Positions 49,658 to 62,999 of a stretch of DNA of 64,000 bases are shown one piece after another; position 1 is the stretch's first letter, and each line of letters opens with the position of its first letter. The stretch spans positions 147,808,001-147,872,000 of the forward strand of contig OZ024742.1 in the NCBI GenBank assembly GCA_964016885.1, written 5' to 3'. This DNA is from Eledone cirrhosa. Lineage: Eukaryota. The translations under genes were made by a program, and so were the position numbers. Below the pieces are notes generated by a model. The model was not told where the DNA came from and made no database searches. It saw nothing but the letters and a program-made list of their open reading frames with translations.

Positions 49658-51762
49658 AAACTTTCAAGAGAAATTTAAAATATTCACTTCATTCCTCTTG
49701 TGGGAAAATATAACTTTCATTATCAATATCAGTTATATTATTGGAGTCATTGCTATCGCTATTCGTAATTAAGGTATCTAATGTAAAATCCACTACTTAG
49801 TTTTGCCACCTGTTTACGCCTGCCTTTACTGCTTCTTTCATAAATTCTTCAAATCTAGTCGCTACCCGTGAATGTGAAGCTGGTATCCATTTTTAACATT
49901 TTTTTTTTTTATTACGACGTAGAAAAAATATCAAAAAATTCAGGTATAACAAATTTAACGTTAAAAAATGTCGCCCGTATTGGTAACGAAATGGATAGAT
50001 AGCAACGCTGAGTGACATCTGAACGATAGTAATTCCAAATTCACAATTGATATTTAAAATATGAATCAAATATCAAACAATAATTGAAAATTGTTGGCTA
50101 TTACTGAGAAGCTAAATTGATTTAGAAAAAAATTTAGCTAATTATTTATAATCTATATGATATATTGAATGTAAAGGAAATGAGTGTGATGGAGTTTATC
50201 TAATAGTTATGTAATAACAACAGTGTATGTAAATGGTGACACAATCATGCTGCGAAAGTTTATGAAGAAAAGAAAGAAAAAAAGACCCCAAAGAGCTGAT
50301 TCTCAGAGACCAAGGCCATAATCCTCCCCTTGCAATCCCAGGTTTCTTCACTTTGAATTTCCATCAAGTGATTTTTCACACAAGTCCTATATTAATATGC
50401 ATGCATGGTCCCGTAACTACCGAGGGAGTCGTATAGGGGTGTATTGAGATACGGGCATTTAAAAATCTGGTGGAGCCCATGTCTCCAGGTATTCATATGC
50501 AGCAGGTTTCTTCCTGAGAAGGATAGAGAGTGAGAGAAAGGAAGTGAGAAAGATATATCGAGGAAGAATCTACTCCAATACTTGACTGGTACTTTTTTTT
50601 ATCGACCTCGAATGAATGAAAGGCAAAGTTGACCTCAGCTAGCTTTGAACTCAGAGATTCGGAAAGAATACGGCAAGTCAGTCTATCTGACGTTCTAACA
50701 ACTCTGTCAATTCGTCGTCCTTATAACATTAACGAGCCAAACCTTAATAATTGTATAGTCCTATCCAATACAGGATTTTCTTTTTCGGATGAGAGGGGGC
50801 GGGCTGTTAAATTCGTGATAATGAATTGCTAGTCTTATTGATAGAAATTAAAATCAACATGTTTAAGTGATATATTTTAATATAAGTAGGTTTTCAGGTT
50901 AGTAACACTAATACAGAAAGTCGGAACAAATACAATAAAAAACCTATTAAAAAGGGTTGAGTCAATGAGTGAATCCCTATGTAGTCACTCCACCTGCTAG
51001 AAATAACAGTCAAGTTTCCTAAAAAAAAAAAATCACTACTTGCTTAAAAAAAAAAAAGATAGGATGTTTACGGCCGAAATATCTACTCCACATGGGACTA
51101 AACTACATCTATTGATATTTATTTTGTCAAAATGATTAACTTTTAATATCCTATACATCATGAAACCACATTAGCTATACATTCTCGAAATTACTGCATC
51201 AATGGCATGGCCTCAGTCAGTCGGCTGGAACACGTAATACGAAAAATTAGAATCTTTCGTTTATTTCAATTTTTCACAATATGACCAATAAATATACTAT
51301 AAACATTTGAATCATCAAACTCTAAATCATTAGTTAAGAGCTAAATCCCGATGTAAATACCTTTAGAAAGACAAATATGATACAGTATCATATTACACTA
51401 TAAAATAACATACGGTATACTATTCATTCTTCTTAATAATTACTCATTGTTTTTACAAGTTCAGAGGAGGTTTAATATGACAGAAAATGTCTGGAGTCTT
51501 GCATACTTGCTAAAAGGATTGAAATAATATTAGTAGTTATCTTTACCTCACTACATAAGTAGTTCTAACTAGATTATGGACCCCCATTAAAGTAAACTTT
51601 AGATCAACGTTGCCCAAGCTAATGTATACTTTGTTTAAAAGGACGCAGAGTGAATCAAACGTGATGTGAACTATCACTAAGAGTGCACATAAAATGTGAA
51701 GAATAATGACCGTGATAAAAGGTGACTGGACAACTAGGTAGGTGGCTACAGTACTAAAGTAC

Positions 51763-51897
51763 CTCATACTCAAAGTCACAGGTAATAGATTTAACACGTA
51801 AACCTAGTAGTATTGAGTCAGACTTGGAATCAGAAAAATCATTATCATCATAATCTTCATCATCATCATCATAAATGTCATCAAACAAATCAAACAG
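51763..51897 (-). CDS. Candidate acidic cassette exon of the RASSF gene
   Basis: Strong acceptor CCTTTTCTTTTCAG; LFDLFDDIYDDDDEDYDDNDFSDSKSDSILLGLRVKSITCDFEYE; donor GAG|GTACTT; 135 nt, phase 0-0. Confidence 0.45.
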
Positions 51898-51924
51898 CTG
51901 AAAAGAAAAGGAGCAACATGGAAA

Positions 51925-52465
51925 TATAGGTGGTTTTACAGAAGGTAGCACGGTAATATAGATAGGTTTACAGGGGGTAGCATGGTAATATTTATAGGTT
52001 TACAGGGAGTGATATGGTAATATAAACAAGTTTATTGGTAATATAAACAAGTACAGGGAGGTTTACAGGATGTAACATGATAATATAGAGAGGTTTATAG
52101 GGTAAAACATGACTGTAGATAGGTTTACAGGGTGTAACATTGAAATATAGAGGTTTATAGAGTGCAGCATTGTAATATTGAGGTTCATAGGGTGTAACTT
52201 GGTTATATAGTTATGTTACATGCTATAAAACCTCTATCAACATCATCATCATCGTTTAACGTCTCTCTTCCATGCTAGCATGGGTTTAGATGGGAATTGT
52301 CCCACTTGAGGCAAGATTGGTCATCTCGCTCATATAGGACTGCGTCAGGTTTTCTACGGCTGGATGCCCTTCCTAACACCAACCACTATATTACTGTTAT
52401 TCCCTGTAACGGCAATATAGAACTTTACAGAGTATAACATGGTACTATAGAAGTTTACAGGGAAA
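51925..52465. repeat. ~30-bp minisatellite interrupted by an RTE-tail insertion (~52238-52388)
   Basis: Repeating ATATAGRNAGGTTTACAGGG..TAACATGGTA units. Confidence 0.7.
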
Positions 52466-52924
52466 ATTATAAGCTAGTTTACATGAAAATATAGCTACAT
52501 TCAGGTGAGTGAAACTTCTCCAATCATACTAACCGAACAAGGTGATCAACCTTGACAATGTCCCTGTAGAGTGCAGGAAAGTATGTAAGGGAGATAAGAT
52601 CTTAGTCCATCTGAGAGATCAGTGGCTCAAATTAAGCACTGATTTGGTCTGTGACAGCCCATCTAACACTTGCTTGCAAGAAAAACAGATGTTAAATGAT
52701 ATTGATGATAGTGGCATGATAAAATGCACTCAGACTATACAGTAAAGTGATCCATGAAAGGAATGTCTGTTATCCAGTTTTAACGGGAAGAGGAAATCTG
52801 ATTATATTGACCCCAGTACTTGACTGGTGCTAATTTTATCAACCTTGGAAGGTTATAACTAGATGCCAAAAAGGCCTTAGTCCAATGCTCTAATCATTGT
52901 GACAGTTCACCACCATAATAATAA

Positions 52925-53085
52925 TAATGGTTTCTGATTTAGGCGCAAGACCAACAATTTTGGAGGAGAGGAAAGTCATTAAATCAACCCCAGTGCATTA
53001 CTGGTACTTTATTTTATCAACTCAATAAGGATGAAAGGCAAAGCTAACAACCTTGATGGGATTTGAACTCAGAATGTAAAGGGAT
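52925..53085 (-). mobile_element. Meta-type SINE
   Basis: CCCAGTGCATTACTGGTACTTTATTTTATC...GGATGAAAGGCAAAG...TTTGAACTC. Confidence 0.7.
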
Positions 53086-53741
53086 ACATTCAGGCTTTAG
53101 GTAGAGGGGCCTGTAGGAAAAATATATTGCAGTCGCCATTTCATGCAATAAATAAAAATTGGCAATGTACCTGTGTTGGGATGGGCACACAAAGATTGGA
53201 ACCTGGGAATATCACAACACATACCAGTAAGGAACAGGAACTAATGGAGGAGGCTAGATGCTACCAGCTGGATATAGTTAGGGTTTCTCAACAAAGTTCC
53301 ATCGCTTTGGGTCTGTAAATTTGGATGGAGGTTGGAAACTTCACTATTCAGGTGTGGTGCCAGAAATGACTGCACAGGCGGGAGTGAGGATATTCACAAG
53401 CCCCCAGCTGTCAGAATGTGTTATGAACTGGATACCATTAAGAGGGAAGATTTGTCTCTTGAAGCTTAGAATAAAAGATAGGTCTCTGTGAGTGGTGCAA
53501 GTTTATGCACCAAACAAGGAATCCAAATACAGATCCTTCCTTGGTGAAGTCACTACAGCATTAGATGTAGTTCAAACTGAGTCATATATACTAATGGGAG
53601 ACTTCAAAGTACATGTTGACATTGACCACTGGAAAGGAGTGATTGGAAGGAACAATACAAATGGAGAGGCTTTATTAGACTCCTGTTCAATGGACTCTAT
53701 TGTGAACACCTTATTGCAGCACAGAGACATCCATAAATAGA

Positions 53742-56700
53742 CTAGGAAATTCTGGAGAGTCTGAAAAAAAAAATCTGGACACTGAGTGACAATGCCAAAG
53801 ATAAAGACAAATTCACCTCATGCTGCCGAACGAAAAAGCAAGGACTCCTCCTCTTTGTTTCGGCCGCGGATGGCCAACATAACCCCAACCCCAGCCCCAC
53901 CGTTCCCACCCACCAAATGCAATCCAAAACTTCAGAGTTGGTACCATGAATGTAGGCACCTTAAAAGGTCGCTCTAACGAGGTTGTAGAAATGCTTGAAC
54001 GTAAGGAGGTTGATGGTTGCTGTATCCAAGAGACCAGGTGGAGGGGTGGGTCTGCTAGATTCATTGTGGGTAAAAAACGATGCTATAAGCTTTTCTGGGT
54101 GGGAAATGACAATGGGCTGGGTGAGGTAGGAATCATGTTAGCAGAAAAATGGGTAGATAAGATAATTAACGTAAATAGAGTGAACGACAGAATAATTAAA
54201 ATAAGACTTGTCCTAAATAGAACTACTGTGACAGTAATATCTGCGTACGCACCCCAATCTGGACTGCCTGGCGTTATAAAAGACAGATTCTATGAGACAT
54301 TGATGCTCACGACCTCCCAAATAACCGACAGTGACTACATAATTATTGCTGGCGACCTAAATGGTCACGTTGGACAACATTGTGACGGCTATGACGGAAT
54401 CCATGGAGGCTATGGGTTTGGTACTAGAAATGAGGAAGGCGCCAGAATCCTGGAATTCTGTGACGCAAATAACCTAACTGTCTGTAACACTAACTTCAAA
54501 AAACGAGACAATCACTTGATCGCCTATAGATCAGGGGAACACGCCAGTCAGATAGATTATATCCTTACCAGAAGACGTGATAGAGTCATCATCATCATCA
54601 TCACCGTTTTACGTCCGTTCTTCCACGCTAGCATGGGTTAGACGGGTTGTCCTGTTGTGGGCAGTGTCTGGTCGGCTGACCATGCCTTGCTCATACAGGA
54701 ACTGATCTGGCTTGATTTCTACAGCTGGATGCCCTTCCTAACACCAACCTCATTTACAGTGAGTGCTGGGTGCTTTTTCGTGGCGCCTACACGTCCACTT
54801 TACAGTGTGGGCTGGGTGCTTTTTTGCCGTGGCACCTCCACGGCCACCTTGCGGTGGGGAGGGGGGGGGGCATATTGTTTATATGCTTCAGCATGTACCC
54901 ATGGGAGGTCGGGTACCCTGTATTACTGCGTGACGCCAGAAGTCACGGTCGTGTGTCATTGACTTTGAGAGGTGTAGTTGGGTAAGGTCGGCTTTTATCA
55001 CCTCATCCCAAGTCATCTTGGGTCTCCCCACTCCGCGGTTTCCATCAACTTCTAGTGCTCTGCACCTTTTTATGCAGCTGTCATCCTTCATACGCATCAC
55101 ATGTCCATACCAGCGTAACCGCCTCTCCTGCACGCAGCATTTGATTCCTCTTATGCTCAGTCTCTCTCTCAATTCCTTTATGCTTTGTTGTTCACGTATA
55201 TTACTGTTACACATCCATCGGAGCATGCAGGCTTCGTTTCTCTCTAATCTACGTAAGCGCCCAGGTCTCACTACCATGCAACATCGCTGTTCGGATACAC
55301 GCATCATACAGTCTGCCTTTCATTCTGAGGGAGAAGCCTTTTGCAGCTAGCAGTGGTAGTAGTTCCCTAAACTTCTTCCATCCCGTTCTTACCCTAGTTA
55401 TTGTACTTTCTGAGCACCCACCTCCGTTGCTAATTCGGTCACCTAGGTAGCAGAAGCTGTCTACTGTTTCTACAGGGCCCTCCCAGAGATTGGTGGTACT
55501 TGTTTCCTGTGGCTGTTTGCTTGCTGTTTCAGCACAGCTGCTGCATGTGAATCCTACATTCTTAATTAAGCTTCCTGAGATCCCGCTACATCTCTTGTGT
55601 ACCCATTGTTTGCATTTGGGGCAGAGAATGGAGTTCCTACCTACACCTTTCCTACATACTGAGCAAGGCCATTTCCCTGAGGGGATCTGGGTTCTGTTTT
55701 CTCGTCTACTTACAAGGACCTTAGTCTTTGTCATGTTGACTTTGAGGCCCTTTCTCTCTAGTCCCTGCTTCCAGGTTTGGAATTTATTCTCTAGTTCTAC
55801 CATAGATTCAGCTATGAGTGCGAGGTCATCAGCATACAGGAGTTCCCATGGGCATCCGGTCTTAAACTCTTCCGTTATTGCCTGCAGGACTATGATGAAC
55901 AGGAGAGGGCTAAGAACAGAGCCCTGGTGGACCCCAACCTGTACGCTAAATTCCTCGCTATACTCATTGCCAATCCTAACTTTGCTGACTGCTCCCCTAT
56001 ACATGGCTTGTACCGCTTTCACAAGCCATTCATCTACTCCTAGTTTTCTAAGAGCCCACCAGATTACTGCACGTGGAACTCTGTCAAAGGCTTTCTCAAG
56101 GTCAACAAATGCCAAGTAGAGTGGCTTACTTTTAGCTAGGTACTTTTCCTGTAATTGCCTCACAAGGAAGAGGGCATCAGTGGTGCCTTTCCCTGGTACA
56201 AACCCAAATTGCATCTCGTCTATATTCACCCGGTCCCTAATCAGCTGTGCTATAACTCTTTCTGTTACTTTCATGACCTGGTCCATCAACTTTATACCTC
56301 TATAGTTTCCTCTATCTAGTGCATCGCCTTTACCTTTGTAGCAGTTGACAATGATGCTACTGCACCAATCTTTTGGTATGGCCCCCTCTAGTATTACCTG
56401 GTTAACGATACGTGTGGTTATAGTGTGACCTACAGACCCAGATGCCTTCAGCATCTCGGCAGCTATACCCGATGGACCGGTTGCCTTCCCTATCTTCATA
56501 TCTCTGATTGCCTTACTTACTACGCTGCCGCTGACTTGTACTGCTGGTCCCTCTATAGGGTCTACGTGGGGTAGGGTCTCTTCTTCCCATGCATTCTCCT
56601 CATTTAGTAATCTATCATAATGACTCTTCCATGCATCTTTCTTCTCAGCACTTGTGAGGGCAAGCTCACCTTTATCATTCCGGATACACTTCTCTCCAAT

Positions 56701-59680
56701 GACATCACAACTATCTCTGACACACTGCCTCGCAATCTTGAATACCTCCTGTTTCTGGTCCTCACGTTGTAAAACATGCTTGAATTTTCTATCCTCTGCT
56801 TCCCTCCTAGCTAAGGATACTTGTCGCCTAGCTTCCCTCTTGGTCTCTATGTAATGTACCCTGCTCCCCCCGTTCTTCCATTCTTTCCATGCCTGTCTCT
56901 TAGCCTTGACTGCTTCAGTGTCTGTCGTAAACACTAAATCCCTCCCCCATGAAGAATGCACCTCCCAACATATACTCATAGTCAGTGACCTCGTAGTCAG
57001 GACAAGACGTACTCGACAACAGAGGAGGACTATCCTCAGGAGAAAAATATGGAAGCTAAAGGACCCCACAGCCAGTAATAAATTTAAAAGCATATTACTT
57101 GATGCTTTTGACAGTAAGGAAGAGCAATTAGAGTCGTACAATATAGAGGAACAGTGGGAATTCCTGAAAGCTAACTTGCTGAAGGCGGCAGATGACGTCT
57201 GTGGCTGGAGCAGACCTATAGGCAGGAGGAGAGTAACGTGGTGGTGGAACAGTAAGGTGGAGGAGTCAATTAAGGCCAAAAAGCAGGCTTGGAAAGTATG
57301 GCGAGATGGAGGAAGTAGAGAAGACTATCAAGTGGCCAGGAGGGAAGCTAGGAGACAAGTGTACTTCGCAAGAAGGGAAGCAGAGGAAAGAAAGTTCAAG
57401 CATGTTCTACAACGCGAGGACCAAAAACGTGAGGTGTTCAGGATTGCTAGGCAATGTGTCAAGGAAAACAGTGATATTGTCGGGGAGAAGTGTGTCCTAA
57501 ATGATGATGGTGTACTTGCCATCACTGACGCTGATAAGAAGGTAGCCTGGAAGTGTCACTACGAAAGGCTACTAAATGAGGAGAATAAATGGGAGAAAGA
57601 CAGTCTCCCCAACATCGATCCAATAGAGGGACCAGCAGTGCTAGTTGAAGGTAGTATAATAAGAAAGGCAATCAAAGATATGAAGGCGGGTAAGGCGGCT
57701 GGGCCTTCGGAAATACTTGCTGAAATGCTGAAAGCATCTGGAACGGTGGGACACACTATGGTCACCCGGATAGTAAACCAAGTCATACAGAATGGGGTCG
57801 TTCCGAAGGACTGGCGTAGCAGCATCATCATTAACTGCTACAAGGGTAAAGGAGATGCCCTAGATAGGGGTAACTATAGAGGTGTTAAATTAATCGACCA
57901 GGTCATGAAGGTCACTGAAAAAGTAATAGCGCAACTAATCAGAGAGCGAATTGATCTAGATGAAATGCAGTTCGGGTTTGTGTCAGGTAAAAGTACCACA
58001 TACGCTCTTTTCATTGTACGACAACTACAGGAGAAGTACCTAACTAAAAGTAAACCCCTATACTTAGCTTTTGTTGACTTGGAGAAAGCCTTTGACAGAG
58101 TCCCCTGTTCCATTATCTGATGGGCTCTTAGAAAACTAGGTGTTGATGAATGGCTTGCGAGAGCTATACAAGCCATGTATAAAGAAACAGTCAGCAAGGT
58201 TAGAATTAACAACGAATATAGTGAAGAGTTTAGCGTAAAGGTTGGTGTTCATCAGGGCTCCGTCCTTAGTCCCCTCCTATTTATTATTGCCCTTCAGGCT
58301 ATAACAGAGGAGTTCAAGACCGGCTGCCCATGGGAACTCCTATACGCAGATGATCTAATGCTCATAGCTGAATCAATGGCCGAACTAGAGAAGAAATTCC
58401 AAATATGGAAGCATGGCCTAGAATCAAAAGGCCTTAAAATTAACTTGTCTAAGACTAAAGTTCTAGTTTGTAGGAAGGAAAATAGGGCACCAGTCCCATC
58501 TGGGAAATGGCCATGCTCAGTGTGTAGGAAAGGAGTAGGCAGAAACTCCATTTTATGTCCCAAATGCAAAGTATGGGTGCATAAAAGATGTAGTGGGATC
58601 ACAGGTAAGCTAACTAAGAATATAGATTTTATATGTGGCCGGTGCTCTGGTGCAATAAGTAGCAGCAAGTGCCCACAGAATACTAGCTCATTCCATTGCA
58701 CAGATGGTTCTATAGAAATAGTGGACACCTTCCGTTACCTGGGTGACAAAATCAGCAGTGGTGGCGGCTGCTCCGAAAGTACAGAAGCTAGAGTCAGAAC
58801 TGGATGGAAAAAGTTCAGAGAGCTTATACCACTATTGGCCGCTAAAGGGTTCTCACTAAAAATGGAAGGCAGGCTGTATGATGCCTGCATACGAACAGCA
58901 ATATTGCATGGCAGTGAGACCTGGGCATTGTATGCAGAGGATATACGCAGACTGGAGAGGAACGAAGCATGCATGCTCTGCTGGATGTGTAATAGTAATA
59001 TACGTGAACGGCAAAGCATAAATGAACTAAGGGAGAAATTAGGAATAAGAGGGATCAGATGTTGTTTACTCGAGAGAAGACTACGTTGGTACGGTCACGT
59101 GATGCGCATGAAAGATGACAGTTGTATAAAAAAGTGCAGGGCGATAAAAATAGATGGTAGCCACGGAGTAGGCAGACCCAGAAAAACCTGGGACGACTTG
59201 CTAAATTCCGACCTCACACACTTACTCCTCTCCAAGACAATGTCACTGGACCGAGATCTTTGGCGATACACAGTAATACAGAAGACTCGCCTTGCCTAAG
59301 TACAAAGCGAAACCTACTACAGTCAGTAGGCACCTCTAACAAAAATACACCCCGGCCCCACTACCCCCACCCCATCCACACCACCCCTTCCAATGTAAAG
59401 TTATGTTGGTACCACAGCATCCAGTCCGAAACAAATGAGGGTGTGTAGGTGTCACGACAAAAAAACACACAGTCCATGCTGTAATGTGGCCGTGTAGGTA
59501 ACACGGTAAAAACCTCCCAGTCCACGCTGTAAACGTGGTTGGTGTTAGGAAGGGCATCCAGCCGTAGAAAACCCGCCAGACAGTCCTATACGAGCAAGAC
59601 AACCAATCTTGCCTCAAGTGGGAAAATTCCCGTCCAAATCCATGCTAGCGTGGAAGATGGACGTTAAACGATGATGATGA
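53742..59680 (+). mobile_element. Near full-length RTE LINE (APE + RT + PHD-like finger), interrupted at 54586/56917
   Basis: APE ORF from 53946 (NVGTL, IQETRW, SAYAPQ, GDLNGHVG, QIDYIL) rejoins 56920-59299 in frame; single TGA at 58118-58120 where sister copies have TGG; 3' UTR with (GAT)n tail. Confidence 0.92.
54587..56916 (-). mobile_element. 5'-truncated RTE LINE of a sister subfamily inserted antisense
   Basis: RT ORF (AFVDLEKAFD, HQGSVLSP, YADD, C4HC3 finger); (GAT)n tail at 54587; AGT duplicated at 54584-54586 and 56917-56919. Confidence 0.92.
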
Positions 59681-61389
59681 TACATGGTATAAGGTGAATC
59701 AGGGACAGAGATCAATAACTGATTTTGTTATTGTCTCTGATCTCTTCAATTCCGTGCTGGATGTTCGTGTTACGAGAGGGGCTGAGCTGTCAAGTGATCA
59801 CCATCTAGTTATTTGCAACTTGAGACTACCTAAAGCCAAAGAAGTCCACAAAACTGACACATCCAACTTGACCTACAGGATGAAGTGGGAAGCGTTAGTG
59901 TATAAGGAAGTCAGGACCAGGTATGCAGATATTATTGCATCCAAGTTCGGAGAACTCCCTGAGCAAACTGAAGACATTGAAATGGAGTGGAGATTATTCA
60001 GCCCATCAGTTTCTGCTTCAGCTGTTAAATGCTGTGGGTGAAAGAAGCTTGGTGTGGTGCCGAATGGTAGGAAGACTCCTTGGTTCAATCCAGAGGTCAA
60101 AGATGCCATCTAAGCAAAGGAGGCCAACAAAGGTTGGTTTGGAAATAAATCCTCCTCCTCGCATTTGTGATACAAGCAGGCATGAAGAATCACAGCTGAG
60201 ACTAAAGACATCCAAAGTTAAGACATGGGAGAACTTTGGGGTTAAGCTGGAACCCGACTTTAGATCAGCAAATAAAGTGTTCAGGCATACCATCTACCGA
60301 CTTTGTAATAAGAAGTCCTTCTCCACACCTGTGTCTGGAGTTCTCCTCTCTTCAGAGAGATGCATCATTATGAGGTGGAGAGAATACTTCGCTGATCTCT
60401 TAAACTCGATCACAACAGCATCTTCTAATGTACACGAGGTGCATCTGGGAGAGATGACTCTCAGAGGCCGAGGTCACAAGAGCAATTAAAGAACTCAAAT
60501 GTGGGGAGGATGAAATTTGGCCTGAGATGTTAAAAGCCTTAAATAGAACAGGTATTCTCTGGCTGATACCTGTGTGCTGGGTGGAAAGGCACCTGAGCAA
60601 TGGTATTCGGGAGTGATAATCCCAATTTTCAAAATATATTCTTTCATGTTTCTATTTAAAAGAATCTATAAAAAGAAATAGGCCAACCTTTTTTCTGAGG
60701 AATAATACAGTAAAATAAAAAAAGAAAGCCCATGCATTTCACTAAAATGTCAAGTGTAGGTAGGTTAGTACAAATCATTAATTTTCCACTGACCTGGAAG
60801 AGTTTATTTTATAATACAATTACATTTATTTCTATGTTGACCTTTTATGGTAGGAGTCTTTTCAAGTAAATTGAACGTTTAGACTCACATGAAAATGACA
60901 AATACCTTTCTACATGGGGTAAAGCTATATTTCTCTTATGCTATGCAGCAATCCCCTTACCTTGCTGTGACAGCAACCTAACAATACTAACATCACTATT
61001 CATAAATGAAACATTACATGCCAACATGCATATCATATTTTCTCTTCATATAGCTAACCCTACTATAAAAAGGTTTTTAAAAAAATACATCTTTATTACT
61101 AAATCTATTTATTACATTGCCAACCATATCATTTCTTTTGTCTTTTAACTCTTTCATTACCTAACTTCTAATGAAAGACACTACTTATGATTTTCAATCA
61201 AATTATTTAGAAAATAATTGTGAATTTGAAGTGATTTAGTAAAATAACTTTGACACTTAAGCTGGTGTTTGGAGTATAACTTAATAAGTTCTTACATAAA
61301 ATTATGGCAGATGGGTTTTAGATAAATAGAGTGTTTAGCAATCAAACAGAGACAATATAGGGTTTAAGTGGACTCTTTTGTCTGGCCAA

Positions 61390-61690
61390 GCATATGACAA
61401 TAGCTCAAGCGCTGGTGCCACAATAAAATGTACCCAGTACACCCTGTAAAGTATATTGGTGCTATGATAAAATACACCCAGTCCACTCTGTAAAGTGATG
61501 GTGCTGGTGTCACATAAAACACACCTAGTAAATACAGTAAGGTGGTTGGCATTAGAAGGGAATCCAGCCATAGAAACCATGCCAAATATAGTACATTTGG
61601 GCAAGATAGAAGTTGCTCAGGCCCATTTTTTCTCAGAACAACCCATTAAACCATTTTAGTATGGAAAGCAAATGTAAAATGATGATATAC
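61390..61690 (+). mobile_element. Ceph-type SINE body with RTE-like tail
   Basis: Tandem GGTGCCAC..AAAA..ACCCAGTACAC.CTGTAAAGT units, then GGTTGGCATTAGAAGGGAATCCAGC and ATGGAAAGCAAATGTAAAATGATGAT. Confidence 0.6.
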
Positions 61691-61734
61691 ATTAAGAATG
61701 TAATGTTTTAACTTTTCTTTCTATTTGTTAGGTT

Positions 61735-61766
<32 letters not shown>

Positions 61767-62533
61767 GGGTAGAGAGCATCATGTCTGTGGTTATTTAAAA
61801 AAAATATCAAGAAACAAGCTTAGTTTTCTGATATGATAGCTAATCTTATGTTATTTCTGTTTGAATTCTTACAATAAAGAGATAGTTTCTAACAAACAAA
61901 CAAAGCTCCATCATTGGAAAAGAGTTACATGTTATTGTTATATTTATAGATTGTATTTGAAAAATGCCCGTTAACTGGTCACTTCCTTTTTGGTATTACA
62001 ACAAAGGCATTTAGTAACAGAGTCAAGTGCATCTATAATTATAGGTACACATGTAAATTTATAATCCAGAAAAAGAAGAGTAAATTTCAAAGCAATTACA
62101 CACACACACACACGTGTGTGTGTGTTTCCCCTGCTATACACACACACACACATGCATATATAACAGTTGATCAACAAGATCGCAGACCTCATTTGCTTAA
62201 TGAGTGGGGTGGAGCTCGTCAAATCGGACCGAGGAAACAATGTTTCCATTGGTCTTTCCAATTGCTAATACTATCTACCGGTTACAAACCCAGGCAGAAG
62301 GAGCAACATGAAATAAAGTGTCATGCTCAAGGACACAACATGGCATCCAATCTGGAAATTGAACTCACAACCTCATGATCCTTCACAATATATATATAAA
62401 ATGAAATAAGACAGTAAAAGCAGGACAGATATTGCTATGTAATAAAACATTTTTTTACACATTTAAAAAGGAGACAAACCTATAAAATTAATACACAGAC
62501 ACACAAATTGTAAAAGGCATATGACAATCCTAC

Positions 62534-62707
62534 CTGTGGCTCTTCAGGAGCAACATTAAGGCCATTACCAGTTGCAGTAGCATAATAGCTGTGTCTCCAC
62601 GATGCAATTGGTGGTACAGGTACATCATCACAATGTTTTAGCTGTATAGGTATAGTAACTTGCCAATATATTCGTAGAGGACCTTCCAAAATGTCTACAC
62701 CATTTAC
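62534..62707 (-). CDS. RASSF2: RASSF2/4-like N-terminal-region exon
   Basis: Acceptor TTCCAG; VNGVDILEGPLRIYWQVTIPIQLKHCDD, comparable to RASSF2/4 IEGLLNI.WGLRRPIRLQMQDD; donor CAG|GTAGGA; 174 nt, phase 0-0; earlier exons lie beyond the window. Confidence 0.8.
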
Positions 62708-62999
62708 CTGGAATAATTACAAAAAAAGTTTTTTTTACTTGAATATGGGCTCTTAACTACTGATGGAGTCATAGGGCATTTAAACCTGGCAAAGACCATC
62801 TCTTTCTACTTCTGAACACAGCTGTGTGCATGTGTGCGTGAGAGAGAATACTAACCCCAATACTAGATACGTGCTTGGTACTTGATTCAGTGACCTTGAA
62901 AGGATGAAAGATAAAGTTTATCTCAGCGAGATTTGAACTCAAAGCACAGAGAACTGGAATGAATACCACAAAACATTCTATCTGTTGTTCAGTTTGTAA

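Larger units (their letters stand above)
53150..60630 (+). mobile_element. Old degenerate RTE LINE (outer shell) split by a nested insertion
   Basis: Endonuclease remnants 53150-53740 (KEQELMEEARCYQLDIV, VQVYAP, MGDF, QHRDIHK) resume at ~59681 (TWY...QRSITDFVIVSD...DVRVTRGAELSSDHHLV) and run to ~60630. Confidence 0.8.

Noticed and set aside
55249-57279. 676-aa ORF as one protein
   Set aside because: Chimeric: the first ~120 aa are the antisense of the neighbouring RTE; genuine RT homology starts at 56916
58118-58120. TGA in the RTE ORF as programmed readthrough or an editing site
   Set aside because: Sister copies have TGG here; a simple G-to-A nonsense mutation is sufficient
61405-61560. 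Regularly spaced repeats resembling a CRISPR array (also 51925-52465, 35647-35775)
   Set aside because: Eukaryotic context, no unique spacers, no cas genes; these are SINE-internal tandem units and minisatellites
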